A stretch of 47,682 nt of DNA, taken from positions 1 to 47,682 of the forward strand of contig PXTG01000041.1 in the NCBI GenBank assembly GCA_003023365.1, read 5' to 3'. The DNA comes from Bacteroidetes bacterium QH_7_62_13. Lineage in GTDB: Bacteria; Bacteroidota; Rhodothermia; Rhodothermales; Salinibacteraceae. The notes below the pieces were generated by a model. It ran no database searches and had not been told where the DNA came from. It saw only the letters and a program-made list of their open reading frames with translations. Below, one piece after another: positions 1 to 9,062 of the stretch. Both the position numbers and the translations under genes were made by a program. The first letter of the stretch is position 1. The number at the start of each line of letters is the position of its first letter.

Positions 1-1
1 T

Positions 2-220
2 GCCTCTCGGGTGCGGCACGGAGGCGCCTCGCTCCAGGAGGCGGCCCAGGCGGCGGTTGAGGAGGCCGAGGAACTGGGCGGCGTCGGCGGCCTCATCGTC
101 CTCGACGCGGAGGGGAACATGGCAATGCCCTTTACGACGACCGGCATGTTCCGGGCCTACGTTGCCTCCGACGGCACGATGAAGACCCGTATCTTCAGGA
201 ATACGGACGGAGACATGTAG
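2..220 (+). CDS. Isoaspartyl peptidase/L-asparaginase (type 2, Ntn hydrolase), 3' part only; gene starts before the window
   Basis: C-terminal motif GGVGGLIVLDAEGNMAMPFTTTGMFRAYV is typical of the family; the frame is open to the window edge. Confidence 0.85.
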   Translation, partial: ASRVRHGGASLQEAAQAAVEEAEELGGVGGLIVLDAEGNMAMPFTTTGMFRAYVASDGTMKTRIFRNTDGDM

Positions 221-238
221 TCTGAAGTGGGAGCGACG

Positions 239-1270
239 TCAACCGCCTCCTCCCCTCGGATTCCCCCCTCCCTGCCCGCCGCCCCCTGGACCTCCGCCTC
301 CGGGGTTGTCGCCGGGCCCCTTGTCGTCCGGCGGTCCGTTCCGGCGGGAGGGAGCGTCTTGCCCGGGGAGGGTGCCGGGCGGGCCGTTGCCGACCTCCGC
401 GGGCGGCCCGCCGCCTGGCATGGCCCCCTGGAACAGACGCTGAAGGACGCGGCTAGCCGGCGTGCCCTGGGCAACGGCCTGCGCGACGCCCCGCGCCACA
501 GCCCCCGCCGGACGCTGGGTCTGGCGCCGTGCATGTTCGAGGGCGGCCGGAAGTTGCCGCAGCGACTCGTCGTCGTACCCGGCGTTGAGGGCCGCCGTGA
601 GGAGTTGTTGGGTCACCTGAGGGGCGCCCGTACTGCCCGACAGGTCCGGCATCACACTGACGGCCGTCGCGACCTGGGATACGGAGACCGACTGTCCCTC
701 CACCGCGGCCGGAAGACCGTCGAGAAATTGCTCGACGGTTTCAAGGGGGACGTCCTGCTGCTGCGCCTCGGTGGCTTTCGTGATGAGGTCGGCGCGGGCG
801 GCAGGGGAATCGTCTGCCCCCCCTACAAGCTGTTCGACGTCGGTCCGGTTCAGCCACGCCGACACGACCCCGCCCGCCCGTTCCGTGCTGGCCTGTAGGT
901 CTTGGAGAACAGGGGTCATCCGATTGGGCGGTACCCGCTTGGCGATTCCTTCGAGCGTCTTGTTGAGGAGCGGGGCCGCCGGCAGGTCTTTTTCGGCCAG
1001 CGCCACAACCGGACGGAGCAACGCGGCGGTTTGCCCCGCGTCGAGCCCGGCCGCCTCGGCCCGGGACGCCACTGTGCGCATCCGATCGGCGTTTGCCCCG
1101 GCCCGCGCCCCCTGCTCAATGAGCTCCTGAACGGAGGCGTCCTGCCCAACCGCACTCAGCGGCAGAAGAAGCACGAGAAGAGCCACCCAACCGAGCGACC
1201 TCCGCCAAAGGGGAAGCCCGCCCGCGAGGCGTGCCGTGTGCGTCCCAATGGTCCGGCGTAAACGAATCAT
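239..1270 (-). CDS. Secreted helical hypothetical protein with Gly/Pro-rich C-terminal tail; last gene of the ECF operon
   Basis: Signal peptide (WVALLVLLLPLSAVG-QD), Ala/Gln-rich body, GP-rich tail; starts 4 nt after the upstream stop. Confidence 0.75.
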   Translation of the reverse strand: MIRLRRTIGTHTARLAGGLPLWRRSLGWVALLVLLLPLSAVGQDASVQELIEQGARAGANADRMRTVASRAEAAGLDAGQTAALLRPVVALAEKDLPAAPLLNKTLEGIAKRVPPNRMTPVLQDLQASTERAGGVVSAWLNRTDVEQLVGGADDSPAARADLITKATEAQQQDVPLETVEQFLDGLPAAVEGQSVSVSQVATAVSVMPDLSGSTGAPQVTQQLLTAALNAGYDDESLRQLPAALEHARRQTQRPAGAVARGVAQAVAQGTPASRVLQRLFQGAMPGGGPPAEVGNGPPGTLPGQDAPSRRNGPPDDKGPGDNPGGGGPGGGGQGGGNPRGGGG

Positions 1271-1274
1271 GGTC

Positions 1275-2495
1275 CTAGTGAACTATGCAGACGCCATTGG
1301 TGCTGCCGAAGGAATCCTGGGTCGTCTGCGCGTAGGAAGGAAGGTCGAGCCACCGTGCCTCATCCCCATCAACGATCCGGAGGCGGTAGGCGTACCGGCC
1401 GGCAGGAAGATCGAGGGTGGTCTGCCACGTGTCGCCGTCCGTTTTCTCGAGCGGGACGCCCGGCAGGGACCAGTCGGTTAAATCCCCCGTCACGTAGAGC
1501 GTCCCGCTTCCGTCATACGGTACACGAACTTGAAGCCCGTCTTCGGTCGTCCGGCAGACACGACGCTGCGGCGGTGGGTCACTGGTACCGCCGAGGTCAC
1601 GCTGGAGCTGGATGCGTAGCCCTCCGGTCACGTGGAGGTCCGTGTCGCTGGACCCGGACCGGTCGAGATTCGCGTAGAGCGCTTCCGTTCGTCCGAAGAG
1701 GGTGATCGCGGGACGAAGTGTCCACTCCACTTCGACCCTCGCCCGTCCAATCCGGTCACGGACCGCCTCTTCCACAGTGTCGTACCGGAGCTGTTCTGCC
1801 CCGACCGTCCCGCGCACCGAAACGGCGTTCGTCGGCCAGTAGGTGGTCGTAAGGGTTGCCCCTGTTCCCCCGACTCCTCCGTCGCCGGCGGACGTGCGCC
1901 CATTACTGGTGTAGAGCCGGGCCCCGCCGCGCACCCGGTCCGTTATCCAGTGGGTGGCGCGGACGGACGCGAGCCCGCTCGTCTGCCAATTCGTCTTCGA
2001 GAAGGAACGATCAGCACGCTGCGTGAGGCCGGTGCGAAAGCTCAGCATGGTTTCGGCGGTCGGGGTCCACTGGAGGGCAGGAAGCAGCCACCAGCTATCT
2101 CGAACGGTTCGACGGTCAGTCTCTACGGTCGTAAACCGATAGCGCGTGCCGCCCCCTGTGGTCCCCAACGTCCATTCGGGCGTCAGGTGGTATCGGAAGC
2201 GGAGGGTGCTTTGGGTTAATTGCGGGGTGTCGGTCCGGCGGGGATGGAGACGAGATCGCACCGTCAGGCCAAGGCGGGTCCGACTCGTCGCCCGACTCAC
2301 GCCCAGCCGCGGCGTAAGGGCCGCGAGGCCGGGCCTTACGTCCGGATTCCAGGTACCGAGGACCGGATCCAAATATAGATTCGTCTGGTACCCCCCGGCG
2401 AGATCAAGCGCCGCGGTTCCGTTCCATTGCTGCGCCGGCGCAGGCCCTGCCGCGCAGCCGAGAAAGAGTCCAAGTACGAACAGGAGTCGCCACAT
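1275..2495 (-). CDS. Putative outer-membrane beta-barrel protein with C-terminal CBM48/AMPK-beta-type glycogen-binding domain
   Basis: ATG at 2495 gives signal peptide MWRLLFVLGLFLGCAAGPAPA; alternating aromatic beta-strand pattern; C-terminal VTGDLTDW...W...LPAGRYAYRL..VDG..W....DSFGSTN motif. Confidence 0.75.
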   Translation of the reverse strand: MWRLLFVLGLFLGCAAGPAPAQQWNGTAALDLAGGYQTNLYLDPVLGTWNPDVRPGLAALTPRLGVSRATSRTRLGLTVRSRLHPRRTDTPQLTQSTLRFRYHLTPEWTLGTTGGGTRYRFTTVETDRRTVRDSWWLLPALQWTPTAETMLSFRTGLTQRADRSFSKTNWQTSGLASVRATHWITDRVRGGARLYTSNGRTSAGDGGVGGTGATLTTTYWPTNAVSVRGTVGAEQLRYDTVEEAVRDRIGRARVEVEWTLRPAITLFGRTEALYANLDRSGSSDTDLHVTGGLRIQLQRDLGGTSDPPPQRRVCRTTEDGLQVRVPYDGSGTLYVTGDLTDWSLPGVPLEKTDGDTWQTTLDLPAGRYAYRLRIVDGDEARWLDLPSYAQTTQDSFGSTNGVCIVH

Positions 2496-2542
2496 AAAAT
2501 TGAATCCGTTCCGCGGAGATCGGGATTGTGGCCGCGTGCCCC

Positions 2543-3280
2543 TCAAACATTCAGGACGGCGTTCTTCGCCCCAAACCCGTCGCTCCGTTTTACGGGCGCA
2601 AGCGGATCGGTCACCCATTGCTTTCCGTCGATCAGAAACTGGTACTCGTGTTCACCGCGTGGGACGGGCACGAGGCCCGTCCACACCGTCTCTCCATTCA
2701 CCGTACGCGGCGAGAGTGGCACCGGCTCCCACTCGCTGAAGTCGCCGGCTACGGCGACCGAGTCCGCCTCACTGTTGGTGTAAAGGAAGCGAATCCACAC
2801 CGTCCGGTCGCCCTCTGTGGTCGAGGCCGCGGTCTGCTGAACCGTCCGCTGCGTTTCCGTCGGCGTCTCTGATGCCACCTGCGAACCCGTTTTTTCGCTC
2901 ACCGGCCCGGCGGGCCAGATTGTCCAGGCCACGACGGCCACGAGCAACGCGGCGACCGCGACGGACGCGGGCCGCACCCGAAGCGTCACCGATCCTGTGA
3001 GAACGTTCCACGCCGACCGCAGGGAAGACGCAATCGAGGCACGCTCCCCACCCTGAACTGACTCCTGCACCACAGCCTCCATCGTGCGGTCCGCAAAGTC
3101 GGAGGGCGGCTGGGCTGAGCGGGTCGCCGCCAGATCCTGCGTCATGTGAAGCTCAAACTGAAGCAGATCCCGGGCCTCCGGGTCGTCGGCGATGCGGTGA
3201 AGGGCCTGCTGCACCTCCACGTCCGACAGATCGCCGTCGACGAACCGCCGCACCAACATGTCAGGCTCGTCGTTCGTCAT
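2543..3280 (-). CDS. Anti-sigma factor: N-terminal anti-sigma-like domain, one TM helix, C-terminal CBM48/AMPK-type glycogen-binding domain
   Basis: RFVDGDLS...HRIADDPEAR N-terminus; TM SVAVAALLVAVVAWTIW; VAVAGDFSEW...GEHEYQFLIDGKQWVTDP...DGFGAKN; overlaps the sigma stop. Confidence 0.85.
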   Translation of the reverse strand: MTNDEPDMLVRRFVDGDLSDVEVQQALHRIADDPEARDLLQFELHMTQDLAATRSAQPPSDFADRTMEAVVQESVQGGERASIASSLRSAWNVLTGSVTLRVRPASVAVAALLVAVVAWTIWPAGPVSEKTGSQVASETPTETQRTVQQTAASTTEGDRTVWIRFLYTNSEADSVAVAGDFSEWEPVPLSPRTVNGETVWTGLVPVPRGEHEYQFLIDGKQWVTDPLAPVKRSDGFGAKNAVLNV

Positions 3281-3839
3281 AGCGGTCGTCCAGCAAATTG
3301 CGAAGTTTCTTGCGAGCACGGTGCACGCGCACCTTGAGGGCACTCACCGATACGTCCAGGCGCCCAGACATGGCCTTGTACGTCAGTCCGTCTCGATACT
3401 TGAGAAGAAAGGGCGTGGCGTAGGTCGACGAGAGGTCGTCGAGCGCCGCCCACAACCGTTCGCTCCGCTCCTCGGCGAGAAGGTCGCCGGCCTGATCCCG
3501 ACCCGATCCGGCCAGCACGTCGGCGTCTTCCTCCTCGTCGGTTCGGCTAAACGCGTACGTCTCGCGACGTACGTTCTTGGCGTAATCCCGACAGCGGTTG
3601 AGGGCGATGCCGTAGAGCCATGACGAGAATCGATCCGGATTTTTGAGGTCTTCAATCCGGCGGTACGCCCGTATGAACGTGTCCTGAGCAAGATCCTCGG
3701 CGTCTTCGGGGCTGTCGGCGTACTGGTGAGCCAGGTCGAACACCATGCCCTCGTACCGCTCGACAAGAACCCGAAAGGCCTCGCGGTCTCCGTCCTGAAC
3801 GCGGCGAGCGTACGTACCGTCGGACTCGTCGGTCGGCAT
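3261..3839 (-). CDS. ECF-type RNA polymerase sigma factor
   Basis: GDREAFRVLVERY, DAEDLAQDTFIRAY, FSSWLYGIALNRCRD (region 2); LTYKAMSGRLDVSVSALKVRVHRARKKL (region 4); start taken at MPTDES. Confidence 0.95.
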   Translation of the reverse strand: MPTDESDGTYARRVQDGDREAFRVLVERYEGMVFDLAHQYADSPEDAEDLAQDTFIRAYRRIEDLKNPDRFSSWLYGIALNRCRDYAKNVRRETYAFSRTDEEEDADVLAGSGRDQAGDLLAEERSERLWAALDDLSSTYATPFLLKYRDGLTYKAMSGRLDVSVSALKVRVHRARKKLRNLLDDRYDERRA

Positions 3840-4109
3840 GAGAGAGCAATCGTCGGCAAAAACAAGCGGTAGATGAGGGCTGAGCGAAAATCCTCCGCGT
3901 CCGCTTCTCAATGCCGCAGGATGCATGCCAGACTTCTTCTCCCTCGTCCACCTTGTCCGCAGGGAACGGAATCGTATCACAGGTCCGTGCGGGGGAGTGC
4001 GGTTCCCTGAACCGTCTCCGTCCCCCTGTACCGCCGACCGGTTCGGTGACCGCCCGGCACCGGCGGCCACCTGTGCTCAAATTTCGGTCGGAGCCCGCGA
4101 GCGTCGACA

Positions 4110-4763
4110 CTAGCCGTTGCTTCCACTTGAGCTCGTGCTGTCACTTCCGGAAGCGACATCAACGGTTGCGTCGATGACCGGCGTAATCACGAATCGCCCG
4201 GTCGTATTGCCCTTCAGGGACTCTTCCACATCCCAGTTGAGCGTCACCTCGACGCGGTCCTCCGGGGACTCGATCGTGAAGGGATCGAAGTTGTTGACCT
4301 TCAAGCCGGTCTGCTGCCCACTCGCAATCATAACGTCTTGCTGCGAACCGTCGTCGAACGTCATGCTTACCTCGTTGGCCGTAATGAGTCGAATTTGGCC
4401 GTATTCTCCCGAGGGGATTTCGAACTCGGCCATCGCCGTGTCCAGCCCCGCCTGCAGTTGTTTCAGATCCACCTCAAAGTTTTCCTCGGTCAGCGCCTGC
4501 ACACCGACTTCGGTGGAGTCCCCTTCCGTGCTGTCCTCGGAGGGGACGATGGACACTTCGTCGATCGTGACCAGCGCCTCCGTGATGGTTTTGGCGGTCG
4601 TCTTGGACGAAACCGCATTCATCGTTGTGGAGGATCCATCCATGCGGAGCTCAACGGTCCCGCTCTCCCCATCGGCACTGCCGCCTGTAGAGTCACACCC
4701 GACGGCAAATACAAGGCCGAAGGCGAGAACGGAAGAGAGAAGAACAGTCGATAAGCGTTTCAT
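4110..4763 (-). CDS. Lipoprotein, DUF4382-like
   Basis: Lipobox AVGC after a hydrophobic stretch; ITEALVTIDEV...EIPSGEYGQIRL...SGQQTGLKV...FVITPVI pattern. Confidence 0.75.
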   Translation of the reverse strand: MKRLSTVLLSSVLAFGLVFAVGCDSTGGSADGESGTVELRMDGSSTTMNAVSSKTTAKTITEALVTIDEVSIVPSEDSTEGDSTEVGVQALTEENFEVDLKQLQAGLDTAMAEFEIPSGEYGQIRLITANEVSMTFDDGSQQDVMIASGQQTGLKVNNFDPFTIESPEDRVEVTLNWDVEESLKGNTTGRFVITPVIDATVDVASGSDSTSSSGSNG

Positions 4764-4917
4764 AAATGTTCGATGGGGGATTTTGGAGAAGAAAGCTCGT
4801 TCACTCAGCGCCGCCAGTGCTCCCAACCACCAGGCCGAAACCGGCCCCGCACCGTTCACGGCGGCCCATCTCGACGACCCGTTTCAGGGGAGGGGGCCAT
4901 CGAAAGCGCAGATAGTG

Positions 4918-4943
4918 GACGACCGAAAGTCCGAAGGGTTACA
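4918..4943 (-). promoter_or_regulatory. ECF-type promoter TGTAAC-N16-CGTC upstream of the lipoprotein/sigma/anti-sigma operon
   Basis: Minus strand reads TGTAAC ccttcggactttcggt CGTC: AAC in the -35 box, CGT in the -10 box, 16-nt spacer, ~155 nt before the first gene. Confidence 0.7.
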
Positions 4944-5001
4944 GGGCCCGAATGGGAATGAAATGTAACGTAGAGCGCACCCCCGAGATAGCGCCCGAAC
5001 G

Positions 5002-5033
5002 AAAAAACCCCCGCCACCGGGTGGTGACGAGGG
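5002..5033 (-). terminator. Rho-independent terminator of metK
   Basis: Minus strand CCCTCGTCACCACCCGGTGGCGGGGG hairpin followed by TTTTTT, ~30 nt after the metK stop. Confidence 0.7.
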
Positions 5034-5064
5034 CAGACTCTCCGTAGAACGTCCAATAAGTCCG

Positions 5065-6191
5065 TCAGGCAACCGCCTCCTTCGCGTCCCGCTTCAGGGC
5101 CTCGACGTGGGTGAGCTCCTCCCAGGGGAAGTCGTCTCGACCGAAGTGACCGTAAGCGGCCGTCTTCCGGTACCGGGGCTTCAGGAGGTTGAGGCGATCA
5201 ATAATGGCCGCGGGTGACAATTCGAAGTGTTCGTGCACCAAGTCGCAGAGGGCTTCGTCCGGAAGTTTACCGGTGCCGTTCGTGTTGACGTCAATCGAGA
5301 CCGGCTCGCTCACGCCGATGGCGTAGGCAAGCTGGACGATGGCTTCGTCACAGAGCTCGGCGGCCACCAGGTTTTTCGCGACGTGGCGCGCGGCATAGGT
5401 CGCACTTCGGTCTACCTTCGATGGGTCTTTGCCACTGAAGGCCCCACCACCGTGGGCCCCCTTCCCGCCGTAGGTATCCACGATGATCTTGCGACCGGTC
5501 AGGCCCGTGTCCGCGTGCGGTCCGCCGGCCACGAAGCGGCCCGTGGGATTGACGTGGAGGATGAGGTCGTCGTCGAGCAGATCCTCGGGGAGGGCCTGCC
5601 GCAGGAGAATGTCGCGGACGTCCTCCTTAATTTGCTTCTGGGTCACCCCGTCGTCGTGCTGCGTCGAAAGCACAACCGTGTGGATGCGCTTCGGGGTCAT
5701 CCGGTCGTCCTCGTACTCGATCGTAACCTGACTCTTGGAATCGGGCCGGAGATACGGCATCTTGTCCGTTTCCTTCCGGAGATGAGCCAGCTCTTGCACG
5801 AGGCGGTGAGCAAACGTGATGGCCATCGGCATCAGGTCCGCCGTCTCCCGACAGGCGTAGCCAAACATGAGGCCCTGATCGCCGGCCCCTTGTTCTTTCT
5901 GGCCGTCGACCCCCTGACTAATGTCGCCACTCTGTTCGTCGATACTGCTAACGACGCCGCAGGAGTCGGCGTCGAAGCGAAGGCGCGGGTCGGTATATCC
6001 GATGTCGCGAATGGCCTCTCGGGCAATCTCGCGCGGCTCTACGTCGGCCTGCGTCGTAACCTCGCCCCCGAGCACGACGAGCCCTGGGGATCCTGGGCCA
6101 GCAACGCGTCCAGGATGGCGTCCGAAATCTGGTCCGCCACCTTGTCGGGGTGGCCTTCAGAGACCGATTCGGAGGTGAAAAGGTAAGCCAT
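5065..6191 (-). pseudogene. metK: S-adenosylmethionine synthetase, frameshifted as assembled (about 34 nt missing at 6084/6085; may be an assembly error)
   Basis: [28 protein letters not shown] in one frame; [11 protein letters not shown]...GAGDQG...GRKIIVDTYGG...GGGAFSGKDPSKVDRS in another; the conserved xSRVACETxVTT segment is absent. Confidence 0.9.
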
Positions 6192-6248
6192 GGGCAAAAG
6201 AAACCGGGTCCAGTGAAAGGGGAGCGCGGCCCTCCTGGAAAGGGCACG

Positions 6249-6356
6249 GAGCATCGAGCGGGGAACCCCACCACGTCCAGGATTACAGTTGTGAAAGGAA
6301 CGGCAACATAAGGGGTCTTTTTGCTAGTGCCAACGCTCAGTATGTAAAGATAAGAG
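6249..6356. promoter_or_regulatory. Structured element in the metK/acpP spacer with SAM-I-family-like signature words; strand unresolved
   Basis: Plus strand GAGCATCGAG...GGCAAC (6302)...GTGCCAA (6327)..GCTC...AAAGATAAGAG; terminal GAGC/GCTC pairing; located directly upstream of metK. Confidence 0.4.
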
Positions 6357-6602
6357 AGAAGTTCTGAGGAAGCACCGAGAAAACCTGGAAGTGCGTGCAA
6401 AGCTTGCATCAAACGGGGCCCCTCCGTTGCTTCTTCGACGCCCCGGTTGTAGTTTTCCACGGTTGAAAAGAAGGGCCTTGCGGCTCTTCGACGGTTTCCC
6501 CCAACCCCGACGGGGGTCGGGACGCGGATCCAGTCCGTAAGCTGAAACCGGCACCCCCTTTTTCTTTACGCGCGACTTCAATCACCAACGAGATTGCCAA
6601 CC

Positions 6603-6842
6603 ATGGCCAACGACATCGAAGACACGGTTAAGTCGATCATCGTCGAGAAGCTTGGCGTAGACGAGTCGGACGTAACCACCGACGCCTCTTTCACGAACGA
6701 CCTTGGTGCCGACTCCCTCGACACCGTCGAGCTCATCATGGAGTTCGAGAAAGAGTTCGACCTTACGATCCCGGACGAGGAAGCCGAAGAGATCGCGACG
6801 GTCGGGGACGCAATCGATTACCTCGAGGAGCAAGTGGCGTAG
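6603..6842 (+). CDS. acpP: Acyl carrier protein
   Basis: [20 protein letters not shown] phosphopantetheine motif. Confidence 0.98.
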   Translation: MANDIEDTVKSIIVEKLGVDESDVTTDASFTNDLGADSLDTVELIMEFEKEFDLTIPDEEAEEIATVGDAIDYLEEQVA

Positions 6843-7081
6843 TTACCGAAGGCAGGGAGAGGGCCCGCGGCGGAGCCACCCGCCGCGCGGACCGGCTCTC
6901 CCCCCCGCCGCACGTGCGGCCTCCGAACGAGACTTGGACCCCGGCTAGCCTCGTCCCAGCGAAGACCTCCGATGTTCTCGTTCATGCGTACGGGTCCGTG
7001 GTACATCCTCGAATGAGAACATGAAGACGACAATGAAGCCTCGCGGTCACACCCCGATCCCGAACATGATTTCCTCTTGCT

Positions 7082-8341
7082 ATGCCTGACGCGTCACGTC
7101 GAGTCGTCGTAACGGGCATGGGGGCAGTTACGCCTCTGGGCCTGTCAGTCGACGAATACTGGAACGGTCTCGTAGAGGGCCGGAGCGGCGCAGCGACCAT
7201 CGAGTCGTTCGATCCGGAGGGCCTCCGTGTGACGTTTGCCTGCGAGCTGGACGGTTTCGATCCGGCCGATTACCTCGACGCCAAGCAGGCCCGTCGCATG
7301 GATCCGTTCTGTCAGTACGCGATCGCCTCCGCCGACCAGGCAGTGCACGACGCAGGGCTCGACCCCGAAGACATGCCCCAGGAAAAGAAGGATCGGACCG
7401 GCGTCATTTTTGGCACCGGGATCGGCGGCATGCAGGTGTTTCGGGACCAGACGGAGTACTTTCTGGACAACGATGAGTCCCGCACCTCCCCGTTCTTCAT
7501 CCCGATGCTCATTCCCGACATCGCCGCCGGGCAGATTGCGATGCAGCACGGCTTCCGGGGGCCCAACCACGCCATGATCTCCGCCTGCGCGACGGGAAAC
7601 CACAACATCGGCGACGCCTACCGCCTTATTCGCGAGGGCGACATGGACGCGGCCGTCTGTGGCGGGACGGACGCCTGCGTGACCCGTCTCGGCATCGCGG
7701 GCTTCGCGAGCATGCGCGCCCTGTCCACCCGCAACGACGACCCCGCGCACGCCTCCCGCCCCTTCGAGGCCAACCGAGACGGCTTCGTCATGGGAGAGGG
7801 AGCCGGCGCGCTCGTCCTCGAATCCCTGGAGCAAGCCCGCGAACGCGGCGCCCCCATCTACGCCGAAATCGAAGGCATCGGCATGTCGGCCGACGCATAT
7901 CACCTAACGGCTCCCGACCCGGACGGCGAGGGCGTCTGCCTCGCCCTCAACGGGGTTCTCGACAATGCGGGCGTCAACCCCGAGGACATTGACTACATCA
8001 ACGCCCACGGTACCTCCACCCCGCAGGGAGACGTGGCGGAGACGAAGGCCCTCAAGACGGTGTTCGGCGACCACGCCTACGACCTCAACGTCTCTTCCAC
8101 CAAGAGCATGACGGGCCATCTGCTGGGGGCGGCTGGGGCCATCGAGGCAATCGCGACCATCCAGGCCCTCCGGCACGACACGGTGCCGCCCACCATCAAC
8201 TTTGAGGAGGAGGATCCGGACTGCGACCTCCACTACACGTTCAACGAAGCGGAGGAACGACCGGTGGACGTGGCCCTCTCGAACGCCTTCGGCTTCGGTG
8301 GCCACAACACGTCGGTCGCATTCAGCGCCTTCAACGACTAG
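7082..8341 (+). CDS. fabF: Beta-ketoacyl-ACP synthase II
   Basis: RRVVVTGMG, SACATG, YINAHGTST, STKSMTGHLLGAAG, SNAFGFGGHN. Confidence 0.97.
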   Translation: MPDASRRVVVTGMGAVTPLGLSVDEYWNGLVEGRSGAATIESFDPEGLRVTFACELDGFDPADYLDAKQARRMDPFCQYAIASADQAVHDAGLDPEDMPQEKKDRTGVIFGTGIGGMQVFRDQTEYFLDNDESRTSPFFIPMLIPDIAAGQIAMQHGFRGPNHAMISACATGNHNIGDAYRLIREGDMDAAVCGGTDACVTRLGIAGFASMRALSTRNDDPAHASRPFEANRDGFVMGEGAGALVLESLEQARERGAPIYAEIEGIGMSADAYHLTAPDPDGEGVCLALNGVLDNAGVNPEDIDYINAHGTSTPQGDVAETKALKTVFGDHAYDLNVSSTKSMTGHLLGAAGAIEAIATIQALRHDTVPPTINFEEEDPDCDLHYTFNEAEERPVDVALSNAFGFGGHNTSVAFSAFND

Positions 8342-8401
8342 GGCCAGCCGGTCCGACGAACTGACCGGTATATACGGGTCGGTCCTGTCCCCCCTAGCCG
8401 A

Positions 8402-8695
8402 TCAGCGGAAGACAATTTCGTCCACGGGATTCGTGGCAAGTTCTCCGTTCAGGCGCTCGCGCCACTTCCGGCGGTTCATATGAAGCTCCTGCCGCCATGC
8501 CGCGGAGGCAATCTTCACGTACAGCGTGGAGCCGTCCATCCACACCGAGTCGGTGACGCCGTTGATCTCCGCCCCGGCGAGGGCCGCCCACGTTTCCACG
8601 ACGCGGGCTTCGTCGATCTCTTTCTGCACGTCGAGCCGGTCGATCACCTCCTTCAATACCTCTCCGAGTGGGCGTGGGGGATTAGAGTCGGGCAT
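8402..8695 (-). CDS. DUF721 / DciA-family protein
   Basis: PLGEVL...W...G..I...T......TLYVKIASAAWRQELHM....RLN......IVFR. Confidence 0.85.
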   Translation of the reverse strand: MPDSNPPRPLGEVLKEVIDRLDVQKEIDEARVVETWAALAGAEINGVTDSVWMDGSTLYVKIASAAWRQELHMNRRKWRERLNGELATNPVDEIVFR

Positions 8696-9062
8696 GGCGG
8701 AAGAGAGCGTCTGGAAGGAACGACGAAGAGAAGCCTACCGATTTTGTACGGGACGATGCGAGGCATGTGCCCGAGACCGTCCCGGAAGAAAAGTTCGCTG
8801 GCCGGTACGTCTGCGATTGAAAACGCCTGTCGGTTCTTGTCTTGTGGAGATTCCAAAGTAATCGGGAGGCGAGTTCGCAGGTCCCGATGCGGATCGGAGG
8901 GACACCATCCCCGAGACCGTGCGGACTCTCGATTTTCGAACGCCCGGAGGCCGTTACCTTTCCCCCGGGATCCGGCGGCGTTCTCAGACGAATTCGAAGG
9001 GACGGACGCCGGGATTCCCGCCCGGCCCGCCCCGTTTTGCGATTGACTCCACATGCGTGATC

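Noticed and set aside
5227-6186. Long antisense ORFs (also 25643-26794, 21098-22237, 33654-34736, 38562-39476 and others)
   Set aside because: Typical high-GC antisense shadows of recognisable genes; no motifs of their own
6039-6254. Programmed frameshift or intron explaining the split metK
   Set aside because: Conserved codons are missing rather than merely shifted or interrupted, so recoding or splicing could not restore the protein
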